This document shows, piece by piece, positions 9,585-20,068 of a stretch of 64,000 nucleotides of DNA (the first letter of the stretch is position 1; every line of letters begins with the position of its first letter). The notes below the pieces were generated by a model. The model was not told the DNA's origin. It did not search any database and worked only from the letters and a program-made list of their open reading frames with translations. Origin of the DNA: an uncultured Acidobacteriota bacterium (GTDB lineage Bacteria; Acidobacteriota; Thermoanaerobaculia; Multivoradales; DATKCC01); contig CAWIQD010000024.1 in assembly GCA_963837945.1 (NCBI GenBank), positions 11,469 to 75,468 of the forward strand, read 5' to 3'. The translations under genes were made by a program, and so were the position numbers.

Positions 9585-9746
9585 CGGTGAGGGTGAGCGC
9601 CGCGGCGCTCGCAGTGGTGATGACTGGCCGAGGCCCAGGAAGAGAAGGCGAGCGGAGCGGCGGTCCGACGCGCGTGGTTCGTTCAGCGTCGGAGCGGTTT
9701 TCGGGCGTTCTGGCGAGGCACAGCCGGATTCGAGGATGGAGCGCGG

Positions 9747-9913
9747 TGATTCCGCCGGCCTGGCGTGTACACCTCGTCTACGCCATTCTCGCCCTCGCCA
9801 GATACCTCCGCACCCTCGCGGCCCGCCGGGACTTCATTGCGGAGGCCCTGGACGACGAGACGCTGGTCCTCTTCGGCCGCACCCAGATGCGTCGCCTGGC
9901 GGGGGCCGGCTGA
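9747..9913 (+). pseudogene. Remnant / short paralog of the 3' end of the 10530..11105 gene (C-terminal peptide ...EALDDETLVLFGRTQMRRLAGAG)
   Basis: About 35 aa and ~130 nt, including the post-stop region, are homologous to the 3' end of the gene at 10530-11105. It lies immediately after the array 2 terminal repeat. Confidence 0.3.
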
Positions 9914-10041
9914 GCCCCTGCTCCCCGACCGGCCGGAACGGCTGATCCCGCCCCGGCCTTCACCATCTTCCCCGCATCGGGCGGGGAGGCGAGTCCATCT
10001 CCGCTCTGCTCGATCGGGCTCGTCCTGAAAGCTCTGGGACC

Positions 10042-10257
10042 TCACCTCGTCGCGTCGATGGAATCCAGGAGCCGTAAGGCTTCGGCCCGGTCCCCCTTCG
10101 CGGCGCGTGCCCGGAACCGCGTCTCGGCATCGAACTCGGCCAGGGCCTGGGTCGAGAGCTCTTCGACGAGGCGGTTCAGGCTGATCTTTCGACGGCGGGC
10201 GAGGTCTCGCAGTCGCTCGTGGGTGTCGTCGGGCAGTCGGATGGTCATCGTTCCCAT
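10042..10257 (-). CDS. RHH-type antitoxin-like protein (CopG/Arc family); no cognate toxin identified
   Basis: MTIRLPDDTHERLRDLARRRKISLNRLVEELSTQALAEFDAE is a classic RHH antitoxin N-terminus. The internal start is at MGTMTIRL. Confidence 0.55.
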   Translation of the reverse strand: MGTMTIRLPDDTHERLRDLARRRKISLNRLVEELSTQALAEFDAETRFRARAAKGDRAEALRLLDSIDATR

Positions 10258-10363
10258 GCGTCCATCTCCTGGAGAAGTGCCTCGGGCTCGAGTACGCGGA
10301 GGTCGGGAAACCGCAGCTCGGTCGCTCGGAAGTCGCGGGCGGCGAGTCCGGCGCCTCTCGGGT

Positions 10364-10392
10364 TTGACTTTCCGCCGCGTCTCCGCTAGGCT
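10364..10392 (+). promoter_or_regulatory. Candidate sigma70-like promoter TTGACT-N17-TAGGCT upstream of the 10530 gene
   Basis: Near-consensus -35 and a plausible -10 with 17-nt spacing, ~140 nt upstream of an ATG that has an AAAGGAGAAA ribosome-binding site. Confidence 0.3.
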
Positions 10393-10529
10393 CGTTCCAA
10401 CGAAGCCGCTTCCCGGCCCCGTCCTCCGCGGAGGCGCGAGGTCACGGGTCACCGGGAGCGAAACGAAAGCGGCCCGGGCGAGCTCGAACCTCACCCGGGC
10501 CTGACCCGCGAAAGGAGAAAGCACCTCCA

Positions 10530-11105
10530 ATGCGAGCCGAGACAGAGAGTAGCAGGACTTCGTCCCCCGCCCGTCGTTCTTCCAGCTTCACCGCGCCGGC
10601 CAACGCCTTCTCGGCCGCGTTCCTCGACGCCGCCCGGCGCCGGCGGGACGCGGCCGAGCCGGAGGACGCCCCGCGCGCTCCGGCGCTCGCCGCCGGCGCG
10701 CTCGCCGCCGGGCCCTTCGAGGTCGAGGCGGTGCCGGCCGGCTCGGGGCGGCTCTGGGCGGTGGTCCGCCGGGGCGAGCGGGTGGCCGAAGGGCACCCGG
10801 CCGTGGCGGTCTTCCTGGAGCGGACGGCCGCCCTCCTGGCGGCGGCGGTGCTGCCGGCGGAGGCGTCGCCCAATCACCTCCAGGTCGGGGAGAAGGCGAA
10901 GCGCCTGGGCCTGCCGGTGCACGACGGCCGGCGCCACCTGGGGCACCTCGCCCGGCCCCACGAGCACTTCGCGCGGGACCTCCACGCCGCCCGGACGCTC
11001 GCGGCCCGCCCGGACTCGCTGGTGCTCCTGGCCGAGGCGCTCGACTACGAGACCCTGGTCCTCTTCGGCCGGGCGCTCATGCGCCGGCTGGAGCGGGCCG
11101 GCTGA
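10530..11105 (+). CDS. Hypothetical protein (191 aa) with a conserved C-terminal motif ALDYETLVLFGRALMRRLERAG
   Basis: Strong ribosome-binding site AAAGGAGAAA. A paralogous remnant lies at 9747-9913. Confidence 0.5.
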   Translation: MRAETESSRTSSPARRSSSFTAPANAFSAAFLDAARRRRDAAEPEDAPRAPALAAGALAAGPFEVEAVPAGSGRLWAVVRRGERVAEGHPAVAVFLERTAALLAAAVLPAEASPNHLQVGEKAKRLGLPVHDGRRHLGHLARPHEHFARDLHAARTLAARPDSLVLLAEALDYETLVLFGRALMRRLERAG

Positions 11106-11207
11106 GGCGCCGGGCGCTCGGCCACCGGCCGGGGCGGGCGCGACCCCGCCCCGGCCGGGTTCTTCCGGTCGTCGGCGCGAGGATACGTCGCTGGGGCCAC
11201 CCGCTCT

Positions 11208-11762
11208 TTACGGCAGCAGATCGGCGACGGCGACCGGTCCCCGGAGGGCCGCCGAGGAGAGCTGCTCGCCGTGGGCCGCGACCCGGTGCTCGGTGAAGCC
11301 GTCGCCTTCGGGCGCTCTGAAGACCTCCAGGCGACCCTCCGCCACGTTCACCAGCCAGACCTCCGGAATGCCGTGTCGCGCGTAGAGCGGGAGCTTGCGG
11401 TGGCGGTCGAAGGCGAGGCTCGAGTCCGCGACCTCCACCACGAGGGCGGCGGTCGCCGGGTGGGCCCCGAGGTAGTCCCGGGGGCGACCTGCGACGACCG
11501 CCACGTCGGGCTCCGGCTCGGAGTCCTGCCCGAGCGCCAGAGGGAGCTGGACCCGGAGACAGTACCCCTCGGCCAGCGCCGCGTCGAGGGCCTCGTAGAC
11601 CAGCTGGATCGTGCCGGCGTGCCGCGCGTTCTGCGGTGTCATCTCCAGGATCTCCCCCTCGATCAACTCGAGCCGCTCGTCTTCCTGGAAGACGCCCTGC
11701 TCGATCAAGCGGTCGTACTCCTCGCGGGTCCACTTGCGGGGCTGGTTGACGGCGACGCTCAC
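11208..11762 (-). CDS. Uma2-family (DUF820) PD-(D/E)XK putative endonuclease
   Basis: RKWTREEYDRLIEQGVF...ERLELIEGEILEMTPQNARHA is the canonical Uma2 N-terminus. Confidence 0.8.
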   Translation of the reverse strand: MSVAVNQPRKWTREEYDRLIEQGVFQEDERLELIEGEILEMTPQNARHAGTIQLVYEALDAALAEGYCLRVQLPLALGQDSEPEPDVAVVAGRPRDYLGAHPATAALVVEVADSSLAFDRHRKLPLYARHGIPEVWLVNVAEGRLEVFRAPEGDGFTEHRVAAHGEQLSSAALRGPVAVADLLP

Positions 11763-11897
11763 AGCTCGGTCTCCTCGGTTGATCAGTATAGCGGCGAGCG
11801 TGTTGCCCTACGGAGGGATCCCTCGACTCGCTGCGCTCGCTCGGGATGACAAGGGGGGGGCGGCGCTCGCTCGGGATGACGGCGAGGGAGCTCGCCG

Positions 11898-14800
11898 TCA
11901 GAACGGGTTGCCGACGGCCAGGTAGAAGTGGAAGCGGGTGGTGGCGCCGGGGTCGGGGTCGAGCTGGTAGCCGAAGCCGGCGCGCACGGGGCCGATCGGC
12001 GAGACGTAGCGCACGGCGACTCCGACGCCGGTCTTGACGTCGCGCGGGTCGACGTCGCGCCAGTCGGGCCAGACGTTGCCCGCGTCCACCCACAGCACGC
12101 CGCCGACCGGCCCCCAGACCGGGAAGCGGTAGTCGAGGTTCGCGAGCAGCAGGCCGTTGCCGCCGCGGCCGCGGCCGTCGGCGAAGAGGGTCGTGCCCGG
12201 GATGCCGAGCTCGTCCTTGCCGTAGGCCCGGTGGCTGAAGTCGCCGCCGGCGAAGAAGCGCTCGTCGATCGGGATCTTCAGGTTCGGCGGCTCGGGGGGC
12301 TGCGGCGCGCCCGAGGGCGTGGTGGTGTTGTTCTTGGTCGCGTCGACGAGCGGCGCGATGGCGCCGAAGCGGATGCTCCCCGCCAGGTGCCCGAAGCCGA
12401 GCGGCAGGTAGCGGGTGTGCTGGAGGAAGGTCTTGAGGAAGTTCGCGTCGGTCAGCCCCGGGATCGGGAACGCCCACTGGAAGCGGGCGCTGGCGCTCCA
12501 GCCGCGGGTCGGGTCGATCGGGTCGTTGCGCCGGTCGACCAGGATGTTGGGGACGACCGAGGAGATGTGGATGTCCTGGTCGCGCCGCTCGATGATCTGG
12601 GTCGGGTCGGTGATCTGCTGGGAGGCGGCGACGGTCAGGGTGGAGTTGATGATCCGGTAGTCGAAGGCGAGGCCGTAGCGCCAGACGTCCTCCTGCTTGA
12701 CCGCCTCGGCCTGGGTGACGATCCGGTCGACGTCGTAGCTCGGCAGCTCCTCCTGCTGGAAGGCCACGTTGTAGACCAGCGGGATGTGCCAGCGGGTCAG
12801 GTCCGGCTGGTCGAGGGCGACCCGGGCGAGGCGCTCCTTCTGGCCGTAGCGCAGGTCGGTCTGGAGGGTGAAGGCGCGGCCGAAGAGGTTGCCCTGGCGG
12901 TAGCCGACGAGCCCGGCGAAGCCGGTGTCCGTGTCGTAGCCGAGGCCGTAGCTCACCCGCCGCGTGCGCCCCTCCTGGACCCGGATCACGACGTCGCGCT
13001 CCTGCTCGGAGAGGTCGGACGGCCCGAGCTCCACCTGGGCGCGCGAGAAGATCCCGAGGCCGTAGAGGTCGCGCTCCGCCTCGAGGAGCCGCGTCGGGCT
13101 GACCGGCTCGCCGGGGTCGAGGTCCACCGCGTGCTCGATCACGTCGTCGTCGGTCTTGACGTTGCCCCGGACGATCACCCGGTCGACCCGGGTCTGCGGC
13201 CCCTCGATCACCTGGATCGTCAGGTCGACCAGGCTGTGGTCGGCGTTCCAGGTCTCGGTCGAGGAGACCTGGGTCGAGAGGTATCCCTTCTCCTCGTAGC
13301 GCCCGCGGATCTGGCGCAGGCTGTCCTCGAGCAGGAGCGGATGGAACGGCCCGCCGGCGTGGAGCGGCAGGTCCTTGCGCAGGTCGTCCTCCGAGAGCGC
13401 CTCGACGCCCTGGAAGGAGAGGTCGACCAGCTGGCGGCGCATCCCCTCCTCGATCGGCACCCTGAGCGTCAGGTTGCGGCCGTCGGCCTGGACGTCCGGC
13501 GGGCCGACCTTGTAGCTGGCGTACCCCTGGAGGGCGTAGAAGGAGCGCACGTTTTCGAGGTCGTCCTGGAGCACCGCGTCGACCAGCTTGCCGCTGCCCA
13601 GGGTGAGGAGTCGCTTGGGCTTGGTCTCCATGAGCTCGGCGAGCTTGCCGTCGCTCACCTGCCGGTTGCCGTCGAAGCGGATCTCCTGGAGGGTGTAGAC
13701 CGGGCCGGGCTCGACCCGGAAGGTGAGCCGGAGCGCGCCGTCCGCCGTCGTCTCGTCCCAGGTGACCGCGACCTTCCAGTGCCCCTTCTCCTGGTAGTAG
13801 CGCTTGACCCGGTCGGCCGCCTGGAGCACCAGCGCCTCGTCGTAGCCGTCCTCGCCGAGGAACGGCAGCAGGTCGTTTTTCTCGAGCTCCTTGCGCGCGA
13901 CGCCCACGATCTCCACCGTCACCAGCGGGCCGAGGGTCACCGGGTAGGCGAGGTCGACCCGGTGGCCCTCGCGGTCCTGGGTCTCCTTGGCCTCGCCGAC
14001 CTGCGCCTTGCGGTACTTCTGCTTGACCAGCCAGGCCTGGAGGCGCTCGGCGTCGTCGTCGACGGTGTCGCGGAGGTAGGGCTCGCCGGGGCGGGCGCGG
14101 AGCTGCTCGACGAGGGTCGCGGGCCGGAACGAGCCCAGCTCGCCCTCGAAGCTCACCGTGCCGATCGTCGAGCGCGCTCCGGCCGCGACCTCGAAGGTCA
14201 CCACCGAGCGCTTGGTCTCGTCGTTCGTGTCGACGGCGAGGTGGACCCGGGCGGAGAAGTAGCCGCGCTTCTCGAACAGGTCCTGGAGGCGGTAGACGCT
14301 CCTGAGCAGCCGGCTCTCGATCAACGGCTGGCCGGCGGCGACCAGCAGCTCGCTCTCGAGGTCGTGGCGGTCGAGCTTGCCGGTCTCGCCCACGACCGAG
14401 ACCTCGTCGACCTGCACCGCGGCCCAGACCGCCACCACCACGACCACCTGCTCGGCCGCCGGGTCGGAATCGACCGGCACGGCGGGCGGCGCGAGCCGCT
14501 CGCCCGGCTCGGCGGGACGGGTGTAGAGCTCCACCTCGTAGGCCGCGCCGGTCGCCTGGAGGTTGCGCAGGGTCCGGCGCACCCCGCGGTCGGTGAGCCG
14601 CGTGCCCGGCTCGATCGCGATCAGCTGGCGCAGCTCGCCGGCCGGCCCGAGCGGGGCGTCGCTTCGCACCTCGATGCGGGCGACGACCGGCCCGCGGCCG
14701 GCGACCGGCCCGGGCAGCGCCGGCGGCGCCTCGTCCCCCGCCACGACCACGTCGGGCGGCTCGACGGTCTCGACCGGCGGCTCGCGGGGCGGGATCGCCG

Positions 14801-15011
14801 GGCCCTCGACCGTCGTCGCGTCCTCGGGAGAGAGGACCGGGGCCGGCTCGGGCGCCGGCGGCGGCGCCTGGTCCTGGGTCGGATCGGGGGCCTGAGCCCG
14901 GGCCTGATCCTGGTCCTGGCCCCGGGCCGGGGCGCCCGCCAGCAGCAGCGCGGCGAGGAGCCCGGGAGCCGAGCTCCGGAGCAGGAGCCGGAGTGCGCCG
15001 CGCGCCGTCAT
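11898..15011 (-). CDS. tamA: Omp85-family outer membrane protein TamA/BamA-like, with a POTRA region, a long Pro/Ala/Gln-rich N-terminal linker and a C-terminal beta-barrel ending VGNPF
   Basis: POTRA-like repeats and the surface-antigen barrel motifs (RVSYGLGYDTDTG...GFGYQLDP). The start ATG overlaps the tamB stop (ATGA). Confidence 0.75.
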   Translation of the reverse strand: MTARGALRLLLRSSAPGLLAALLLAGAPARGQDQDQARAQAPDPTQDQAPPPAPEPAPVLSPEDATTVEGPAIPPREPPVETVEPPDVVVAGDEAPPALPGPVAGRGPVVARIEVRSDAPLGPAGELRQLIAIEPGTRLTDRGVRRTLRNLQATGAAYEVELYTRPAEPGERLAPPAVPVDSDPAAEQVVVVVAVWAAVQVDEVSVVGETGKLDRHDLESELLVAAGQPLIESRLLRSVYRLQDLFEKRGYFSARVHLAVDTNDETKRSVVTFEVAAGARSTIGTVSFEGELGSFRPATLVEQLRARPGEPYLRDTVDDDAERLQAWLVKQKYRKAQVGEAKETQDREGHRVDLAYPVTLGPLVTVEIVGVARKELEKNDLLPFLGEDGYDEALVLQAADRVKRYYQEKGHWKVAVTWDETTADGALRLTFRVEPGPVYTLQEIRFDGNRQVSDGKLAELMETKPKRLLTLGSGKLVDAVLQDDLENVRSFYALQGYASYKVGPPDVQADGRNLTLRVPIEEGMRRQLVDLSFQGVEALSEDDLRKDLPLHAGGPFHPLLLEDSLRQIRGRYEEKGYLSTQVSSTETWNADHSLVDLTIQVIEGPQTRVDRVIVRGNVKTDDDVIEHAVDLDPGEPVSPTRLLEAERDLYGLGIFSRAQVELGPSDLSEQERDVVIRVQEGRTRRVSYGLGYDTDTGFAGLVGYRQGNLFGRAFTLQTDLRYGQKERLARVALDQPDLTRWHIPLVYNVAFQQEELPSYDVDRIVTQAEAVKQEDVWRYGLAFDYRIINSTLTVAASQQITDPTQIIERRDQDIHISSVVPNILVDRRNDPIDPTRGWSASARFQWAFPIPGLTDANFLKTFLQHTRYLPLGFGHLAGSIRFGAIAPLVDATKNNTTTPSGAPQPPEPPNLKIPIDERFFAGGDFSHRAYGKDELGIPGTTLFADGRGRGGNGLLLANLDYRFPVWGPVGGVLWVDAGNVWPDWRDVDPRDVKTGVGVAVRYVSPIGPVRAGFGYQLDPDPGATTRFHFYLAVGNPF

Positions 15012-18000
15012 CAGAACCTCTTGTCCCAGCGGGCGTCGATCCGGTAGGTGTCCTGGGCGGTGGCGGTGAAGACCAGGGTCAGGTGGCGGTCGATCTGCCA
15101 CTCCACCTGGAGGAAGCTCTGCTGCTGGGTCGAGGGCTGCTCGGTGTAGGTGACGAAGACGCTCTTCGAGAGCCGCTTGCCGACGGTCACGCCGACGCCG
15201 GAGATCGAGCCGCCGGTGGTGGTGCCGACCGGGCTGATGCGGAACTTGTCGAAGCCGAACAGGTTGTTGACCCGCTCGGAGACGACCGAGGCCGCCTGGC
15301 CGGCGAGGAAGGTCTCCGCGCTGAACCCCTCGGGGCTGCTCGCCGAGGCCGGCAGGCTCCCGGTGGCCGGCAGGTTGCCGGTGTCGCCGAGCGGCTGGCC
15401 GGTGGTCAGCAGGCCGACGATGTCGAGGTCGGCGAGCGGGGGGTTGGACGAGACCTTGGCCTGGAGGGTGTCGAGCTTGCCCGAGAGGTTCAGCGTGATG
15501 TCGTACTCGCGCACCGTGGTGGTGGCCACGAGGTCGATGATCGGGTCGATCTGCGCCGGGTTGGCGAAGGTGATCCGGGCGCGCTCGACCTCGAACTCGT
15601 CGTCGGCGTAGACCAGGGTGCCGCCGCGCTCGAACTCGACCGTGCCGAAGAGCACCGGCCGCGCGATGGTGCCGCGGACGGTGAGGTCCGCGGCGCCCTT
15701 GAGGTCGGCCAGGTTGTTGCGCACCCGCACGTCGCCCTGCGGCGCCTCGACGCTGATCGCGAGCTGGGTGCTGGTCTCGATCTCGTTGGTCGCCGCCACC
15801 TGCAGGCGCTCGGCCCGGAGCGCCCGGCGCATCAGCTGGAGCAGGCCGATCTCGACGTCCTTGACGTAGAAGGCCCGGTCGAGCTGCACCACCCCGCGCA
15901 CCAGCCGTCCGTCCGGCGTCGAGAGCAGCGAGAGGGCGGCGTCGGCCTGGAACCAGAAGCCCTCCGGGTAGCGCAGGCTGACGTTCTCGGCCGAGGCCTG
16001 GAGCCGGTAGTCGGGCCCGTGCTCGCCGTAGAGGCCGACCCGGCCCGAGGCCTGCACGCTGCCGCCGCCCACCCGCGCCTCGAGGTGGTCGAGGACGAGC
16101 TGTCTCGGATAGAAGAGCACCACCGCGCTCAGGTCCTCGAGCGACTGCGGAAAGCCCTCGAAGACCAGGCTCGCGTCGCGCAGCTCCCCCTCGCCGTTGA
16201 GCGCCGGCTCGGCGAGGGTGCCGCGGACCGTCGCCAGCACGTCGATGGTGCCGGTCAGGCCGGCCTGGGGCAAGAACAGCTCGGCCCAGTCGGTCGAGAC
16301 GCTCCCCTGGAGACGGAGGTCGAGTGGCAGCTCCCCCTCGAGCCCGACGCTGCCGTGCACGAAGAGCTCGCTCTCGGTGCCCTGCTCCTTCAAGTAGAGC
16401 GAGTCGACCGCCAGGGCCGTCCCGGTGTAGCGCACCACCACCGGCTCGGCGTTGACCAGCGAGCGGCCTTCGTAGTGGAGGTTCAGGCTCGCCAGCTCGA
16501 GACGCACCAGGAGCTTCTCGGGGTCGCCGAGGTCGCCGGCCACCTTCAGCTCGCCGTCGAGATCGCCGTGGAAGTCGGCGGGCACGGCCGGCACCAGGGC
16601 CCGGACCGCGTCGCCCAGGTGCCGGCTCGCCAGGTGGAAGGCCAGGTCCGCGCGCTCGGTGGTCAGCGCCCCGCCGCCGTCGATCGACAGGACGTCCGGG
16701 ACGCCGCCGCCGGCGGTCAGCCGCTCGCCGTCCCAGGAGAGCTCGAGCCGGGCGACCCCGTCCTCCCCCACCGGGTGCCCGGCCAGGGTGAGGCCCTCGC
16801 TGGTCACCGTCGCGTCGGCCCGCGGGCGCTCGAGCGTGCCGCCGATCGACCCTTCGAGCGCCAGGCGGCCCTCGACCTCGCCGGGCAGGGCGGAGGCGAA
16901 GGGCTCCTTGTCGAGGTCGATCGAGGGCGCCCCGACCCGGAAGTCGAGGGCGCCGCTCGCGAAGTCGAGGGTGCCCTCGCCGCGGACCTCGCCGGCGCCG
17001 GTGTGGACCACCGCCCGCTGCACCTCGAGGTGGTCGGCGTCGAACGAGAGGTCGGCGATCAAGCAGGTCGGTCTCGAGGCCCGCGAGGGTGGCCGGCTCG
17101 ATCTCCAGGTCCGCGGTGCCGGCGGGGGCGTCGAGGGAGCCTCCCAGGGTCAGCCGGCCGGAGATCGGCCCGGAGATCGGCAGCTCGACGGGGAGCCACG
17201 CCGCCAAGCGCTCGTCGCTCGGCCAGGCGGCCGCGTCCACCGTCAGCTCGAAGGGGACGATGCCCACGCCCTCCTCGAAGGGCACCGAGCCGGCGACCAT
17301 CAGGGCGCCGCCCTGGTGCGAGGCCTCGAGCAGCAGGTGGCGCAGGCCGTCGGTGCTCACCCGGGCCGAGCCGTCGACCGTCTCGGCGACGAGGCCGGGG
17401 CTCTCGACGTCGGCGAGCTTGAACGACACGTCGGTGATCACCACGCCGGGCCGGATGGTGAGCGTGCCCTGCGCCTCGCCGTGGCCCGCGGTGGGCAGCC
17501 AGGCGGGCCGCGCCTCCGCCGGGTCCACCGGCACCAGGTTCGCGAGCTGCCCGACGTCGCGGGTCGAGAGCTCGTAGCGGTAGTCGCCGCTGCCGGCGGA
17601 GATGTCGAACGAGCCCTCGGCGTGGATCACCTGGGAGCCGGACGCCGAGACCAGCCGCAGCGCCCGCGTGCGCACGACGCCGCGGTCGATCTCGAGCGGC
17701 ACCTGGCCGGCGAGCGCCAGGCCCGGCCCGACGACGTCCTGGCGCACCGAGCGGACCTCCAGGTCGGCCCAGCCGCTCCCCGCCTCCGGGTCGTCGGTCG
17801 TCAAGCGGTAGCTCACCTCGCCGCTCACCCGCCCGTGGAGGCCCTCGAGCGGCAGGTCCTGGTCGGCGATCAGCTGCGGCAGGCCGAGGTCCGAGACCTG
17901 GAGGTCGACCTGGAGAGCCGTCGGCTCGGCCCCGAAGTCGCCGGTCACCAGCCCGGAGAAGGAGCCCCCCGCGTACGCCGCGTAGGCGATCTCGTAGCGC

Positions 18001-19073
18001 ATGCCGTCCGGGACGACGCGCAGCTTGCCCGAGACGTCGGAGAGCACCCGGCGGTCCTGGACCAGGCGGCGCGACGAGAGCCCGCCCTCGACCGCCCAGC
18101 CCTCGGGCCGCCAGAGCAGGCTGCCGTCGAAGCGGAAGGGGCCGGAGACCGGCGGCTCCTCGGCGTCGAGATACCCGAGGTCGGCGGCGAGCGCGACCTG
18201 GCCCTCCGCCGAGAGCTCGAGGTCCAGGCGCCGCGTCTCCTCCGGCACGAGGAGCGTGCCGTGGGCGGTGAGCCGGAGGTCCGGCCCGGTCAGCCGGGAC
18301 TCGACGATCTCGACCCGCTCGGGTCCGACCCGCACCTTGCCCGAGAAGGCCGCCACGTAGTGCTTCCCCGGCGGCAGCGTCACCTCCACCTCCTGGGCGG
18401 TGGCGAGCCCTTCGAGCTCGTTGCCGCCCTGGCCGCCGGTGCCGACGAGGCGGGCGAAGACCGCCTGGGCCCGGAGGTCGAACGGCAGCTCGAGCGTGTC
18501 GAGGTGGAAGCGCCCCTGCTCGGCGACCACGGCGCCGATCCGCACCTGCACCCGCCCGCCGCCGCCCTGGCCGGTGCCGAAACGGGGCAGGTTGTTCGAG
18601 CCGTCCTCGCGCACCTCGAGGTAGACCTCGGGGCGCTCGACGAAGACCTGGGTGATCTCGATCCGCGGCCGGTTCCAGCTCTCCCAGCCCTCGATCCGGG
18701 CGTGCAGGGTGAGCTGGGGGACGCGGGCCACGGGCGGCGCTCCGGGCCGGTCGCCCGGGATCACCACGTCGTCGAGCTCGATCGAGATCGGGTAGAGGGT
18801 CCAGTGGACGGCGCCCACCGAGAGGTCGCGCCCGAAGTAGCTCGAGAGGCGGGCCACGAGGAGGCCGCGGGCCCTCTCGCGCGCGCCTGGGCTCTGGAGC
18901 CAGACGTAGGCGCCGGCCACCACCAGGACCAGGAGGACCAGCAGGTAGACGACGCTGCGCAGCAGGCAGCCGCGGGCGCACCCGGTCCTCTGCCGGCGCG
19001 GGCCCTCGTCGCCGAGGCGCTCCGGGGCCTCCTCCCCGCCCGTGCCGGGCCGGGTGAGCTCCTCGTCGCTCAT
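15011..19073 (-). CDS. tamB: TamB/AsmA-like translocation and assembly module protein (DUF490 C-terminus ...IDARWDKRF); an apparent 1-nt frameshift near 17060 splits it into 19073-17057 and 17062-15011
   Basis: The N-terminal 672 aa in one frame and the C-terminal 683 aa in the adjacent frame are both clearly TamB-like. The junction ...LAGLETDLL/IADLSFD sits at a short A/T run. Confidence 0.7.
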
Positions 19074-20068
19074 CCGCTCGAGCCCGGCGCGGGATCCGGT
19101 CCGGGGTCCCTCTCCGGGTCGGAGTCCAGGTCCCTATCCAGATCGGGATCCAGGTCGGAGTTGGCGCCCGGCGCCCGGTCGTCGTCCGGGGACCGGAAGT
19201 GCGGATCCCCCGACAGCCCGCCCCAGCGCAGCTTGCCCCGGAGGCTGTCGAAGAAGGTGCGCGACGTCGTCTTGACGAGCTGGACGTGGCGAGCCGAGCG
19301 CGCGACCGAGATCCGGTCCCGGTAGCCCATGGTCGTCCCCTCCTGGCCGTCGAGGGTCAGGTAGACCTCCTCGCGGGGCGTCTCGAGGACGATCTCGATC
19401 TGCTCGTCGTCGGGCACCACGACCGGCCGCTGGGAGAGGGTGTGGGGGCAGATCGGGGTGATCACGGCGACCGGCAGCAGGGGGTAGATGATCGGCCCGC
19501 CCGCCGACAGGTTGTAGGCGGTCGAGCCCGTCGGGGTGGAGATGATCAGGCCGTCGGCCCGGTAGCGGGCGACCGAGAGGCGGTCGACCGAGACGTCGAG
19601 CTCGATGATCCGGGCGAGCGCGCTCTTGGCGATCACCGCGTCGTTGAGCACCTGGAACCGGGCCGAGCCGCCGCCGGAGCGCCGGAGCTCGACGTCGAAC
19701 AGGCCGCGCTTCTCGATCCGGTAGTCCCCGGCGAGCACCTTCACGAGGTTGGGGTAGAGCTCGCCGCGCCCGACCTCGGTCAGGAAGCCCAGGTGCCCCA
19801 GGTTGACGCCCAGGATCGGCGCCTCCTGCTTCAGGCTGCGGGCGACCGAGAGCATGGTGCCGTCGCCGCCCAGGACCACCACCAGGTCGTAGGCGCCGGC
19901 GGGATCGAAGGTCTCGACGCCGGCGGGCGCGCCGGAGCGCAGCGCGGCGCCGTCGAGCGCCGCCTCGAGCCCCCGCGCCACCAGCCAGACGGCGAGCTCG
20001 TGGGCGGTGTGGACCGCCTCCCGGCTGGTCGCCTTCGGGACCACCCCGATGCGCCGGAAGGGGCTCAT
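19070..20068 (-). CDS. nadK: NAD(+) kinase
   Basis: Contains GGDGTML, NLGHLGFL and TPTGSTAYNLSAGGPI motifs. The true start is the internal Met (MSPFRRIGVV) at 20068. Its stop overlaps the tamB start. Confidence 0.85.
   Translation of the reverse strand: MSPFRRIGVVPKATSREAVHTAHELAVWLVARGLEAALDGAALRSGAPAGVETFDPAGAYDLVVVLGGDGTMLSVARSLKQEAPILGVNLGHLGFLTEVGRGELYPNLVKVLAGDYRIEKRGLFDVELRRSGGGSARFQVLNDAVIAKSALARIIELDVSVDRLSVARYRADGLIISTPTGSTAYNLSAGGPIIYPLLPVAVITPICPHTLSQRPVVVPDDEQIEIVLETPREEVYLTLDGQEGTTMGYRDRISVARSARHVQLVKTTSRTFFDSLRGKLRWGGLSGDPHFRSPDDDRAPGANSDLDPDLDRDLDSDPERDPGPDPAPGSSG

Noticed and set aside
10-9590. Dozens of overlapping ORFs on both strands across the CRISPR arrays (peptides such as VEIGEGPFGGLRH, SQSPEGSLADFH)
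   Set aside because: These are translations of the repeated CRISPR repeat, not genes.
11898-19073. The 2391-aa ORF suggests a single giant protein
   Set aside because: It is tamB (N-terminus) plus a stop-free GC-rich nonsense frame plus tamA, all read in one frame. The real TamB C-terminus is in the adjacent frame and tamA has its own start.
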